Assembly (NCBI GenBank): GCA_013265495.1
Contig: MU058645.1
Coordinates: forward strand, 910,995-970,994
Reading direction: 5' to 3'
DNA length: 60,000 bases
From: Vicugna vicugna
Lineage: Eukaryota
Shown: piece by piece, positions 1-11,800 of the stretch
How the letters are laid out: each line of letters begins with the position of its first letter
Position numbering within the stretch: position 1 is the stretch's first letter
Position numbers and translations under genes: made by a program
The notes under the pieces: generated by a model
Database searches by the model: none
Told to the model about the DNA's origin: nothing
What the model saw: only the letters and a program-made list of their open reading frames with translations

Positions 1-2199
1 CAGCTAAATGTCCCCGGAGCGAATATCATGGCAGCCATTTTTTTGCTGTAAATTGCAAATCCTCTTAGTAAGGAAACATATTATAAATTAATGACTATTG
101 TGTGTTGCCTTTTAAGTGTGTTCGAACTTCTTCAGCATCATTAGAGATCCCCCCGCTCAGTCCCGGGCACCCACAGGCTCTCAGGCACACTGGGGTCACC
201 CTGACGCAACTTGAAGCTGCTACTGAAGGAAGGATGCACCCGCCTTTGCAAACCAACAGCTGCAAAGGGCAGCAAACACCTACTGTCCTTCAGCAAGCAC
301 GGGCTCCTCGGGCCTTAGGGGCATGTCCTACAGGAGGTGTTTCCATCGACAGTGTTAGGGCCCTAAACATCAGAGCTGTCAGTTGGCGGGTGACAGGACT
401 GGTGAGGAGGGTATAGGATCTGCTGGGGACCCACCACACCCCCAGAGTCTCCTGGGCCCCGGAGCCCCAAGGACCTGCAACGTGCCAAGGCCCCTTACAG
501 GAGCAAGAGTGTGTCCTGGGGACAGGGGTGGGTGGCACCCTGACCCAGTTTCCCACACCCGGGATGGCTTCAATCCGGTCCCTGGCTGCCTTCTCCCCCG
601 GGGCACCTCCTCTCCTCCCTGGAGCCAGGCCCCTGCTGCGGCTCAGCCTGATCTCAGCCCTTCCTGTCCTGTGTCACCTCCTCTCCTGGGAGATGTGGAG
701 CTCACAAGGGAAGGTCCCTCCAGCTGCGCCGCTCCTCTCTCCCCTGCACCCTCCTCCCACCCTACCTCCTGTCTCCCACAGTTCTCTGTCCTCTTCCTCC
801 TCCCTGTCTCTGCAGTGAGCCCTGGGCTGACCCACTCAGTGGGCGGCAGACTCAGTCCCTCCCCTTCCCCTCCCCAGCCAGGGTCTGAGCCCCTGATTCA
901 TCCTCTCCTTATCCTCCTCCCACCAGAGCTGCGATCTTCAGTGTCACCACTGACCTTCTAAGCTCCAAACCCAGTGTCTCATGCCAATTCCTGTCCCCTG
1001 ACCCTTGGCAGCACCTCCAGAGGTGGGCTTCTGTCTGAGAACTCCCTGGCCTGAGGCTGAGCTGACGCCTTGCCGTTCCTTCTCTGCTCTTCTGGTCCCA
1101 GACCCTCCTGTGGGCAATGTGCCTCTAGGAGAACCCGGCGGAGGGGGGCTAAGGGAGGGGGGCGGAGAAGGGAGGGGCCAAATGCAGGGAAGAGGGAGGA
1201 GAGAGAGCCCTGCTGGGGAATCTCTCCAGCATGAGGGGAGGTTTGTAGGGGCACTGAAAATGGGTGTGTCCACATCAAAGCCACCAACAGGGACCTGCAG
1301 AAGGATGGAGGCAGGGCTGATCTCCCGCCTGACTTATCTAGAAATCAAGGTGGTAGGAGGCCACCTGGCCCTGAGGGAGCCCAGAAGGCCCCCAGCGTCT
1401 TCTTCTGAGGATCATCCTGGGGGGGCGGGTACCGGGCAGGGGGTCTGCCAAGGATAAGCAGATTAACCCAGTTGGGGGTGGTTCCCTGGCGAGGAAGCTG
1501 CCATGGGACCAGCGCTCACACCCAGGCTCAGGAGTCTGGACGCTCCCTGAGGCCCGCGGCCACTGGACCTGCAGAGGATGCACTGGGATAAACGAAATAC
1601 AACTAACTTTAGTCACGTGAGCAGTCGCCGTCCTCAGGGCCATCAGATGACTCCAGGCTCCTCCCGGAACACAGAAGGGCTGCATGCGGCTGAGACAGAG
1701 CAGCCCGCCTGCAGAAGATGAGATAAAAGCCTCATTTTCTTCTGCCCAAAACCCGATTTTTAAAGTCAAACAGCTGTAGACTATGAAAGAGCTCATGGAA
1801 GGCGTCAGTGGTTGAAATCACCCACTCAAGCCCTCTGCCTCTCATCCTCCTGAAATAAAGACCACCAGGGCTTCCTCCCTCCTGGCGCGGCCCAGGCCCG
1901 CCCCGCGGGTGTGAATTCCTCACAGCCATCCTGGTCCTCGGGGGCTTGGTGTCAGTGAGCCTCCAGGGCCAGGAGAGCAAATTCCTGCGAACAGAGAGGC
2001 TGCTTCGGTTCTGTTTGCACCATGGCCTTTGAGGCCCGGCACATGGTAGGTGCGTGAAGAGCTGCTGAACTGAACCCAAGCAAACTGAGCTGAACTGAAT
2101 CGGATCCCTGTCCACCCTACTCTGGGTGCTGGGAGGCCGAGTTGTTCCACCCCTGCCAGCCTTGTTGTCCCTCTGCCCTTCACCGACACCCACCCTCAG

Positions 2200-3100
2200 G
2201 GAGGGGCCAGCTGGGCCTCCGACCACCCCCGAGGCTCTGACACCGAGTCGGGAGGCGGGTGCCAAGGAGACAGGGCCGGAGCCCGGGCCGCAGCCCTCGG
2301 GCTTGGTGACACCCTCCGAGCAGCTACACTCGTGCGCAGCTGAAAAGCGCAAAGGAGGCATCGCGTCATCACGGCCTCTCAGCCCGAGGTCAGTCGATGC
2401 CAAGGCCATGTGGGCCAGCCCTCAGCAGCTGTGTTTCGGCATCTGCAGCAACATGCGATTTCCACAGCCATCCTGCCACCGGACCGTGATGTACATTAAA
2501 GGATGGCTGATGGCTGATGAGAACTTTGAAATCCATCCCTCGGCAGTGGATCTTATGCCCAAGATACCAAACACTTTTCTTCCTGTTACTTCTAAGCACC
2601 ACTTCTCTGCTAGAAAAGAATGTTTGCTTCAAAGATACTACAAGACTCAGAACTGGCCAGTGTGAAGGGCTCTAAATTTAGCAAATAGTGTTCACCCAAC
2701 CCACGCGCACTGTTTCCCTTCCCACCTTTTCCCAGCCTGCGCTGGCCGGGAAGTCAGAGGTGAGCTGGACCAGGTCTCCCACGCCCGTCCTGGCGGGGTA
2801 GGTGCTGAGCCGCGCACCCCCAGCCCCGGCCCCCCGGCCCCCGCCTGGCGTAGTGAACTGTGTCCCCACCCTGCCCACTTGGCAAGCAACAGTCACGCGG
2901 TGGGTGGAGATGAGGAAAACATCTGCCTTCCTCATCTGCCTTCAAAAAGCAGCCTCCCTGAAGACTCCCGAGAGGAGCACGGAGAGTTCTAACTGGCTGG
3001 AAAGCCCTGCGCGGGCGGGCGGGTGGGAAGCTCGTTTGTCCTGGGGCGCGGGGTGGGGGTGCTCTGACAGCTGGCCAGCAGGCCCAGGCCTGGCTCCTGA
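2200..3100. promoter_or_regulatory. GC/CpG-enriched region, possible enhancer or weak CpG-island promoter
   Basis: Visibly more CpG than the flanks; MEF2-type CTAAATTTAG at 2672-2681; GC-box/G-run clusters at 2816-2845 (C-rich) and 3013-3059 (G-rich). Confidence 0.35.
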
Positions 3101-4564
3101 CCACCCCAGCAGGCTTCCTGAGCACTGCTCTTACCCTTGGTGACAACCCCGAGGCATATGCCACCCAAATGCATGTCTTCTGTGCCCAGGTTGATAGTTT
3201 CTCAAAGGACACGCAAGGGCACTTGAGGAAGACTGATCTAATGCCAAAAAAGAAGGAGCCGGGGGGGTCTCAGACCTGTACGCCTTATGGTCGATTAAAA
3301 CATTTGAAGCCTGGAGAAGTCCTGTCTCCTCCACCTCACACTGCGCCCGATTAGATGACAGTTCGTCTCAGTTTTGTTCATCTGATGGTTACGGATTTTG
3401 GATGCCCTCCCAGATGCTCCCACAGCAGCCCCCAGTATCATACACCCCAGGGCTGCGGGGGGCTGGGCGTCACAGCGGCTCTGACCTCTAGGCTGTGAGC
3501 TCAGACGCAGGCAGAAAGTTCCAAACGAAGTTGGTAATGTTGACTGGCACGTAGCCGAGAACCTGGGCTTGGATAAGGACAAGCCAGCTTCCCTGAGTTT
3601 GCTGCCCAAATCGATTCGATCCACACTCCAGGCTGTTTCTTCTTCAAGCAGTGAGAAAGAGGGGTTGCTTTTCTTGAAGTTTTAATTAAAAAAAAAATTT
3701 TTAAGTTAGGCTTTTGTGGAAGCAGGAGACAAAACAGGAAGTCCAAGAAGTAACCAAAGTCATCAGGGGTGGAGAGATGAGGAAGTAAATAAACGCCAGA
3801 GGCACCTCCTTAGCTCCAACCGGGACCCAGGACCCCGCCGGTGTCTCCTGTGATTCAGAGATTTCCCACCTCCAGTCCTGCCCACACTGAGAAGGGGCAG
3901 CAGGCCTGTGAATTACACGAGGCCTCATCAGACACAGATTCCGCGCTGAGAGTCCGCTGCCGGGGTGCTGAGGGCAGCCCAGGGTTCGCTGGGCCTGCTT
4001 TGCATGTGTGTTAATTTCCAGGCCATCGAGGGGTACAGTCAGGTTTAGACTCATCTCTAAAGCTCAGATTTGCTGATTTACTTCCGTAACTATGAAGCAC
4101 CAATGTTGGACATTTGTTATTTTGCTGGATCTGTGCCCTTTCTTCATGGTGAGCCCACCACTGAGCTGAAGGGCAGTCACGCACACACCCCCACCTGGGG
4201 TCTCCCTCCCCCTGACGCTGGGGTGGCAGGTGTGGTGGCAACAACACGTCAGACACCCAGGAGCGTTGATGGTACATCCGCTCACTCTCTTCCCTTTGGA
4301 ACTTCTCAGTAAGAAAACCCAAATGTCTAAAAATTACGCATGTCAAACCTCATGAAGTTCCTAAAAACAGGCTTGAGCCTAGTATTCCAGCCATAAACTA
4401 AGCTGACTGTGAGACAAATTAATGAAAGGGGGCCCCTCCTTTTAAGATCTGATTATGAAGATAAATTGCTGTATTAAAAACCTTCATGATATTTGTAAAC
4501 TGGTATGGAACATGAAATGAATCTCAAAATAATATGTAGTAAACATTCTATTTGAATAGCATTT

Positions 4565-4792
4565 AAATTGGGAGTATGGGATTGACACATGCACACTGCT
4601 ATATATAAAATAGACAGACAACAAGGACCTACTGTACAGCACAGGGAACTATAGTCAGCATTTTGTCATAACCTATAATGGAAAAGAATCTGAAAAAGTA
4701 TAGATGTATATGTATATGTATAACTGAATCCTTTAATGTACACCAGAAACTAGCATGACATTATAAATCAACTATACTTCAATCTAAAAAAA
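4565..4792 (+). mobile_element. L1 3' end fragment (artiodactyl type), 5'-truncated, A-tailed
   Basis: aaattgggagtatgggatt...acaaggacctactgtacagcacagggaactata...aaatcaactatacttcaat followed by an A run; matches the recalled artiodactyl L1 3' UTR and the copies at 36806, 47140 and 57997. Confidence 0.9.
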
Positions 4793-6931
4793 GCATTTTT
4801 AAAGAGTTATCCACCGACGAAAAGAGAACATTGTTCACTCGTATTTTTTTCACCACTACACCTGATGATCTTTTTTCTACTGAGGAATAATAAACACACT
4901 TATTTAAAAAATTTTTAATGTCATGGACTTTTTTGTATTTTATAATCATTTTTCAATCCTTCTTATGTTGAAAGCCCAGCATGCCCATTCTGTAGATACA
5001 GGGGTTGATGGAAATCCAGCAAGTTGGAGTGAGAATGAGAAGTCCAGTCTCACCCCTCCCAGGCCAGTGAACGATCGGCACAGAATGAGGACCGCCGAGC
5101 CCAGCACACCCGCCCGCTGGCTGTCTGAGGCCCCCACGTGCAACACCCACCCCCCAAGGGGCTGTCTGAGACGGAAGGAGGCAAATGGTCAACACTCTTC
5201 CCGTGTTGCAAGCTCTCCAACCCTCTTCACATGAAGAAAGTTCTGCTCAGCTTTCTGAGGAGCCCTCAAAGCCCAGGACTGAGCCCCCAGATGAAAACGA
5301 AATCAATGTCAGCTCTGGGGAGCTAGAGCCATTCGCCACCCAACCTCTCCATCCGACCTCCTCCCCTTGCCTCTTGAATTCTCAGCCTCTGGCCAGTTGT
5401 TCTGGGGTAAAGGAAGCCCTGCCACGGCCAGCTAGGGAGCCTGTTCCCAGTCAGCTGCCTGGCCTGAGGACGTGTCGGTGACCAGTCCACCTGGGGTGGG
5501 GCACAGCCCCGCTCTATTTCTGTCCTAATGTGCCCCCGGGTAGCTTTCCTGTCACACGAAGGATCGAGACAACAGGTTTTGATTATTTCTGCACCGTATG
5601 CCAATCCACGTTCACTCACGCAGCTTTCGTGAACAAATGTTCCTGATGCTGGCACATCTCCTCCCTGAGGTGGCCGTCGGTGGAGATGCTGCTGGAGAAG
5701 GTATTCAGACCACGTTTCAGTGCTGTGTTCATATATGAGTCCGGAGCCTCCAACACAACTCTTTTGATTTCTCTCCAAGGCCCTCTTGTTTGGAAAAGTG
5801 ATAACCTCCCAGAAATGAAGAAGGAAACTCTAAGGGGGAAGCATTGAGCCAAGGGAAGTCTTACAAATAAAAAAATCATAGAGCAGAAGAGTTTTGCTTC
5901 TTTTTGAAATAGAATCACTTCGTCACGAGGTGACGTTGCAGCCGGTGGTTGGAAATCCCACCTGTTTAACAAGCAGCGGAGGTCGTTGGCCAAATGTGGG
6001 CAGAATCAGCTCCACCTCAGCTACGCTTGCTGGTGAGCTGTCTCCTGTCTCCCACCGATGTTAGGGTCTGATTTCTTTCTCCTCTTCTTTGTCTTTGTGT
6101 CCAGAAAGACTTGGGGTGAGATCCAGTTAGTGTTCTGCCTTTCCTTCCTATCACAGAGAAATCGTCTGTAAATCCCTCCCAGGAGCCTTCCCCAGCGACG
6201 GTCTCCACCCCCTGTCTGCTTTCTGCCCTTCCTGAGATGTTGTTCGTGCCTCTCAGCGACACCAGGTGGGCTGACTTCCGCTCAGGTAGGAAAGCCCACT
6301 TGACCTGGAGATCGCGCTTGTCACCGGTGAGGCCCGCTGTGTGGAAATCACCAAGAGACACCTAATACCTGCCCACATCGCATCCACATCACAAAGTTGC
6401 TGCTTTTACTTCTCTCTCTACTGGGTCCACAGCATGTCTTCAGTGCCCCAGCTTCCATTCATCACAGGGCTTCACTGTGAGCTCAGGACGTATAGCTCTC
6501 ACTCTCCGGCGATGGGTTTACAGATGGCTTCTGACGTACCAGTAGTCTAGAGTTATGGGAGAGAGGAGCAAATAAAGTAAAGGATATGGCTAAACCAATT
6601 TATAAGGAGAAGGAAAAAAGGCAACGCAGGCAGAAGAAAACAGCATTCTTTTCCCATTGGATGTCAAATAAATGTGAATCTCCTGCAAGCATTTCAGAAT
6701 TTATATCCAGATCCATGCATTTATATCCCAACTACTCATCACCATGGCAACCAGGGATTTTTGACTGACATGTTTAATATAATAAAGACACAAACGAAAG
6801 AAAAAATTGCCAAGCTGTGGATCTCTTCTGGGTGTAGGTAATTTTCTAGGTGGTGATTTAATGAGTTTAGGCTTTCCATGGATGGTTTACATTAACTGTA
6901 TCCTTCATCTCGATACCAGACCTTAGCTTAT

Positions 6932-7100
6932 TGGTCCTTAAGTGGATGGGGCTTCAGAATTGCCTGGAGGCCTGTGAGAACCCAGATTTCTGGGCCCTGT
7001 CCCAGAGTTTCCAGTTCAGTGGGTCTGGGGCGGGGGTCCCAAGGACCTGCATTTCTAGCAGGAGCTGCGGAGCAGCTGGACCACCCTTTGGGAACTGCTG
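6932..7100. mobile_element. MER5A-like hAT-Charlie MITE
   Basis: cagatttctgggccc...gggtctggggcggggg...ctgcatttctagcagg...ggaccaccctttgggaactgctg is typical MER5A text. Confidence 0.75.
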
Positions 7101-7789
7101 CTTCGCTCACGAAGAGAAGGGCAGCTGGGAGATGCGCACCCCCACTTTAACCAGCACATCAGCCACTTCTATGGGCTTCACTTGGGAAGTCCTTGCTTGG
7201 TTTCTTCTTCATGTCAGTGTTCAAAATTCTAGAATTCAAGTCAACCGTAAGGCGTTTCAGCCAAGGAAAACGTTGTTCTGACAATATTCTAAATGCTCTC
7301 CAAGAGACCTACCACGAATTTAATTTAGGTTTAACAGGAAAGGTTCACATTTCACATGTTAATTAAACACCCAGCTGATGACTAAAGGCACACCCACGGA
7401 GGATTAACCGTGTAGCAGACATGGGCTTGTGACAAAACGCTGAATCCAGTGCTTAAGGAATAGCAACAAACTGTCTCATTAGAGACAAATCAAATGGCCG
7501 TGGAAGAGGGAACGTTTATGTGTGAGTGTTTTTTGCTGTTGGACTTGCTGACACATAGTAACAAACAGCCTTGATCTCGGCCTCACGTGTTGAGTTGTTT
7601 CCACCACGACAGCAGGACCTGCACTCCCTTGTCCTGACTTGTACACACAGATCCTAACGTGAGCTACACCCAAGCCTAAGCTTGATTTCTAGCCTCAGAG
7701 CTCGAAAGACTAACAGCCAACGCTGAGTCTGCTCTGCCGAGTCTGGCATATTTCATGAGCTCCATGGATACGGATTGGATCAGCCATTT

Positions 7790-7920
7790 TCCAAAGAATG
7801 GGACCAGGGCTCAGACTGATCCAGGAGCTGGCCAAGCCCACGCATGGGTCAAAGGTTGAGCTTAGGTAAAACCCAGGTAGCCTGACCCCAAAGCTCTGAT
7901 CCTTAATCACTAAGGCTCTA
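7790..7920 (-). mobile_element. MIR SINE fragment
   Basis: aaacccaggtagcctgaccccaaagctctgatccttaatcact matches the reverse complement of the MIR tRNA-like head. Confidence 0.6.
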
Positions 7921-8024
7921 CTGAACACTGAACAATTTAAAGTTTATAAAATCTTTCACCTATTTCGTTAAAGATGTTTTACTTGGTACATAACAGAATG
8001 ATTTTCTATGGTACACAATAGAAT

Positions 8025-8135
8025 ATTAACATTTTGCAAGTAAAAGAACTGTGGCTCAGTGAGGCTGAGAGATTTGCACAAGTTCACAGAAGGGGAGATT
8101 CTAACTCTACTCCAGAGGCCCCTCCTCTGTTACTT
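8025..8135 (-). mobile_element. MIR SINE fragment
   Basis: cattttgcaagtaaaagaactgtggctcagtgaggctgagagatttgcacaag matches the MIR core, reverse strand. Confidence 0.65.
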
Positions 8136-8268
8136 CTCTGGGCCACAGGTTAGCGGGCACCACTCGGTAAGGAAAGAGGTATTTACTACATGGCCACTGT
8201 GGGCTGAATGCTTATAAAACATGTTTGCAGATGATTATTGTGATTGGTCAACTTGATTGATGAGCTAT

Positions 8269-9798
8269 TGTGAAAGAATAAAGATGGCCACATATTTCCT
8301 TTTTTGATGCTCTCCCCACTGAGGAAAGGGAACTGTGTCTCCTCCCATAGTCTCTTGGTGAGTCTAGGGCTGCTTTGACTAGAAGGGAAGGGAGAAAAAG
8401 ACACAAGGCCAGTTCTGGGCGTAGCCTGCCAAAGGGCTGACAGCCCGCACTGGGGTCTCCTGGAGCCCTGAGCTGCCAGGTAAGCAATCTGACCATCCTG
8501 CCTTACAGTGCTTGTGGGGAGACCCTGAGATGAACGGGGAGGGACAGGGGCTGAGCCCAGCCTGGCATCTCTTCCTCCTAGGGTGCCAGACCCCTGAGAG
8601 GAGCTGTCTTGAATACCCCTCCCCAGGCCAGGCTAGCTACTGACTAAACCTCAGCAGGGAAACCCAGTCCCTGCAACACGGAATGGAAAGTCCATCGAGC
8701 TGAGTCCTGCTCAAATCCTTCACTCCCCAAATGTGAATGTAATGACAATTTTCATGTTTTAAGTCACTAAGTTTTGGGCTAGCTTGTTAGGCAGCAATAG
8801 GCTATTAGGAAAAAAAAAATTGTTACCTAGAAACAGTCTGCTGCTGTGACCAAAATGACGACACGCAACTCCAGGTTCGGGACCTGGTGGTGAAGGGCGG
8901 TCTGAAAGGCTTCAGAGGGTCTGTCAGTGGAGGGAAGGGCAGTGAGAAACTGCTACCAGAGGCAGGGGAGAAGATGAAGCCTGTTCTGCTGGGACAAATT
9001 ATTTAACAAAACCGTCCCTTGCAGGAACATGGAAAATGAAAGGTGTGGCTGTGAATCCGGCAGCACCGGCATCCCCGCTTCCAGCCGCCAGCGAGGAAAC
9101 GCGAGAACACAAAGACGAACCAAAGAGGGAACTGTTGTTTTTGGTTTTGTTTTTCTCTCTTTTAACAGAATGTAGAAGAACTATAAAGGAGCCAGGGCTT
9201 GCCAGATTTGAAAATAAGCCTCTTTCTTATCCTCAGCCTCTCCCAGCCGAAGATTCTTAAAGGAAAAAAAAAATGGCTTCAGGGCAAAGATCAAATCCAG
9301 GGTGTCTGTGCGAGACTCTTCATTAAGCTCGCAGAAGACCTAAGGTGGGGTCTCAGAGATGGTTTCAGGCAGGCAGATGTCCTGCTGAGGGTGTCCAAGG
9401 CAGGCCTCGAAGTCCTTCTCTATTAAAAAAGAGGGCTTCCAAGAACGTTAAGGGCGTGTTTCCAGACAGGCTCTGAGAGAACTGGAGCTAAAGAAGGGCT
9501 TTCATGATCCCAGGACATTTGTGAACGCTGGGAAGCAGAGGGGCCCAGGGGAGCCCAGTCTTCCAGCTGACCCTTGCAGGCCTGGGGCACAGGAGGCACG
9601 CCATCTCACACCACCCAGACCTGTCCCCGGCCACTGATGCCCAGCACGGGAGTCCAGTCCACCCCGCATGAGGCCGAGGAATTGCTGAGCCGACGTCTGC
9701 CCGAATTCCGGATCCCCAGAATTCTGAAATATAATAAAATGGTTGATATTTGAAGCCACTAATCTTGGAGGTCACTTGTTAGGCATCAAATGAGAACA
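8269..9798 (+). mobile_element. MaLR (MLT1H-like) proviral remnant: 5' LTR ~8269-8810, internal ~8811-9520, partial 3' LTR ~9530-9798
   Basis: Two same-orientation LTR 3' ends (ttttaagtcactaagttttggg...ttgttaggcagcaatagg and aataaaatggttgatatttgaagccactaa...ttgttaggcatc) flank MLT1-internal-like sequence. Confidence 0.7.
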
Positions 9799-10109
9799 AT
9801 TATGATGCCGCAAACATTCGCAGTGAACAAGGTAAGCGCTCCAAAACTCCAAGCGTAATTTTTATCGTCACGTTCTCTGGGCTCATCACTCTAGTGGGTT
9901 CCACCAAGGTATGACCCGAAACTAGCTGTCTGATAACCAGATCCAAGAGCTCCTTACAGTTTCTGCAGCACCAGACACCCCTGATTTCACCCTCCTCCGT
10001 GAAACTCCTCTCTCGACTCCCACTGTCCCCTGGGCTCTCTCTCAACTCCACTGCTGTAAATAACCACCTTTGACCTTTTTCTATTTTCACTTCTACCACC
10101 CCACTTTGA

Positions 10110-10400
10110 GCCATCCACTCTCTGACCTGAGCTGTTGTAACTGCTTTCTAACTAGTACATCTACCTCCAGAATGTTCTAAACCTCATGCACAGCAACGCT
10201 GACCACGTCCAGACTGCCCTTCCACTGAATGTGAACCATTCGTCCGTCAGAATACACTACCCACCATTCTCCAACTATATGCTCCCTGGACCTTTACACA
10301 CTCCATTCCTTCCTGTAGAAAAGCATCTGTTTCTCAGCCAACATCCACCCTGGCCTTTGAAAATCAGTGCCAGTCTGACCTAATCCCTAAGCGACTGGTA
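10110..10400 (+). mobile_element. L2 LINE fragment, highly diverged
   Basis: Pyrimidine-rich text resembling the L2 3' region (ctgctttctaactag..., ctggacctttacacactccattccttcctg). Confidence 0.4.
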
Positions 10401-11384
10401 CCTTCCTCTCTGAGGAAAAGAGAGTCAGTCTCTCAAACTTCCGTGGTGCTGTGCCCGCACCTGCCCAGCAGCCACGTGACTGATTCATAGATTTGTCCTC
10501 TGCCAGAGTACATGCTTCTCACGGTTGGGGACTGTCTCCCCCAATAGGATATCCCAAAATAGTAGCTGAATATGTGGGGACAATGAACCTTACACTCAGA
10601 CGTCATAGCTGACAAAAAGACAAGGCTAACACAAAGAACAATTAGAGAACAAAACAGAAGGTGTATTGTTAATGTCTAAAATACGTGGTACAGATTCTAA
10701 ATGCTTTAGGACTTTGGAGAAGTGGGGAACTAGAGTTGGGAGCTGGAATTATCTAGCAAAACATGATGGATGAGGCAGAATGTGCACTTGTAAGTTAAGC
10801 TGGGGGAAGGAGCGGAGGGGAAGGAAGCCACTTTAAACAGGGAATCAACATGGGCAGCAGGAGAGGGGGGCACGAGCAGGGCACCCTCACAGGGGAGCGA
10901 GGAGGCGGGCTTCAGGTGCCACCCAGGGAACTCAAGCAGTTCAGCCAGTTCTCCAAGGCCACGCTCTTCTCCTAAGAGAAGAAATCCTTGTTCTTATCCT
11001 AATCGGAGTCTTAAGATCGTTTTCTCTTTGGCTGTAAAATCATAAAACTATTTCCCAGACCAAAACTGGGACCTGAAAGGGTGAAATATTTGAATCCAGC
11101 ACTGGTTAAGAAAACCAAGGGAACGTTAGTACCCTGCATACTGAAGATTTAGACAGGTCTTTCTCCAGCATGTAAGAATCACGTGTAGGAAATCTGACCA
11201 CTCCCACAGGTATGTCCACTCAGAATAAGTGTCACTTGTTAAATGAACAGAAGGGTACCGGGAAGAAAAGGATAAATGCTCGAGGTAGGGGGCCCGTGCT
11301 CATCCGTATCAAGGTCTGCTTTCCAGGCTCAGAGGAGGAGTTGCTCCTGGCCGCTCCTGCAGGGAGGCAGGAATGTGGGCAGGC

Positions 11385-11635
11385 TCTTCCAGCTTTGCTG
11401 TGAACATCCCCTGTGGTCTCTGCCATGGTGATCACGGAAGCAGCTGCTAAGACGGAAGTGCCTCAAGACCGCAGCTGTCTGTATCCCGGAGCCACCACGT
11501 GGGGGGCAGCTGTCCTGGAGAGCCACCTAGACCTGCAGCCCACTACCTGTGAGAGCGAACCCAGCAGGTTTGGGAAGCCACCGAGACTCGGAGGCTGTCA
11601 CTGCAGCATGAGGGAGCCAATCCCGACTGATTCGT
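11385..11635 (+). mobile_element. Old MLT1-type LTR fragment
   Basis: cagctgtcctggagagccacctagacctgcag...aagccaccgagactcggagg...gactgattc resembles the 3' half of an old MLT1 LTR. Confidence 0.55.
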
Positions 11636-11659
11636 AAGTTACATATGTTTCGTAACAAA

Positions 11660-11800
11660 GCGTCATCCTCGTTTTAGAGATGGTGGATCTGTGACTCAGA
11701 GTTTTCAGTGAGTTGCCCAAGATCCCATCCCCTAGTGCAGGGAGAATTCAGGACACAACACTGGCTGTCTGACTCTGAATCCCGGGAGTTCTTCGCTTGT
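11660..11800 (-). mobile_element. MIR SINE fragment
   Basis: catcctcgttttagagatgg...gactcagag...gagttgcccaagatccca is the MIR core, reverse strand. Confidence 0.65.

Noticed and set aside
102..3212. Many overlapping 100-225 aa ORFs (e.g. 383-961, 1732-2409, 2126-2665)
   Set aside because: Pro/Gly/Ser/Arg-rich, present on both strands, often non-ATG starts, no recognisable domain; expected in GC-rich DNA.
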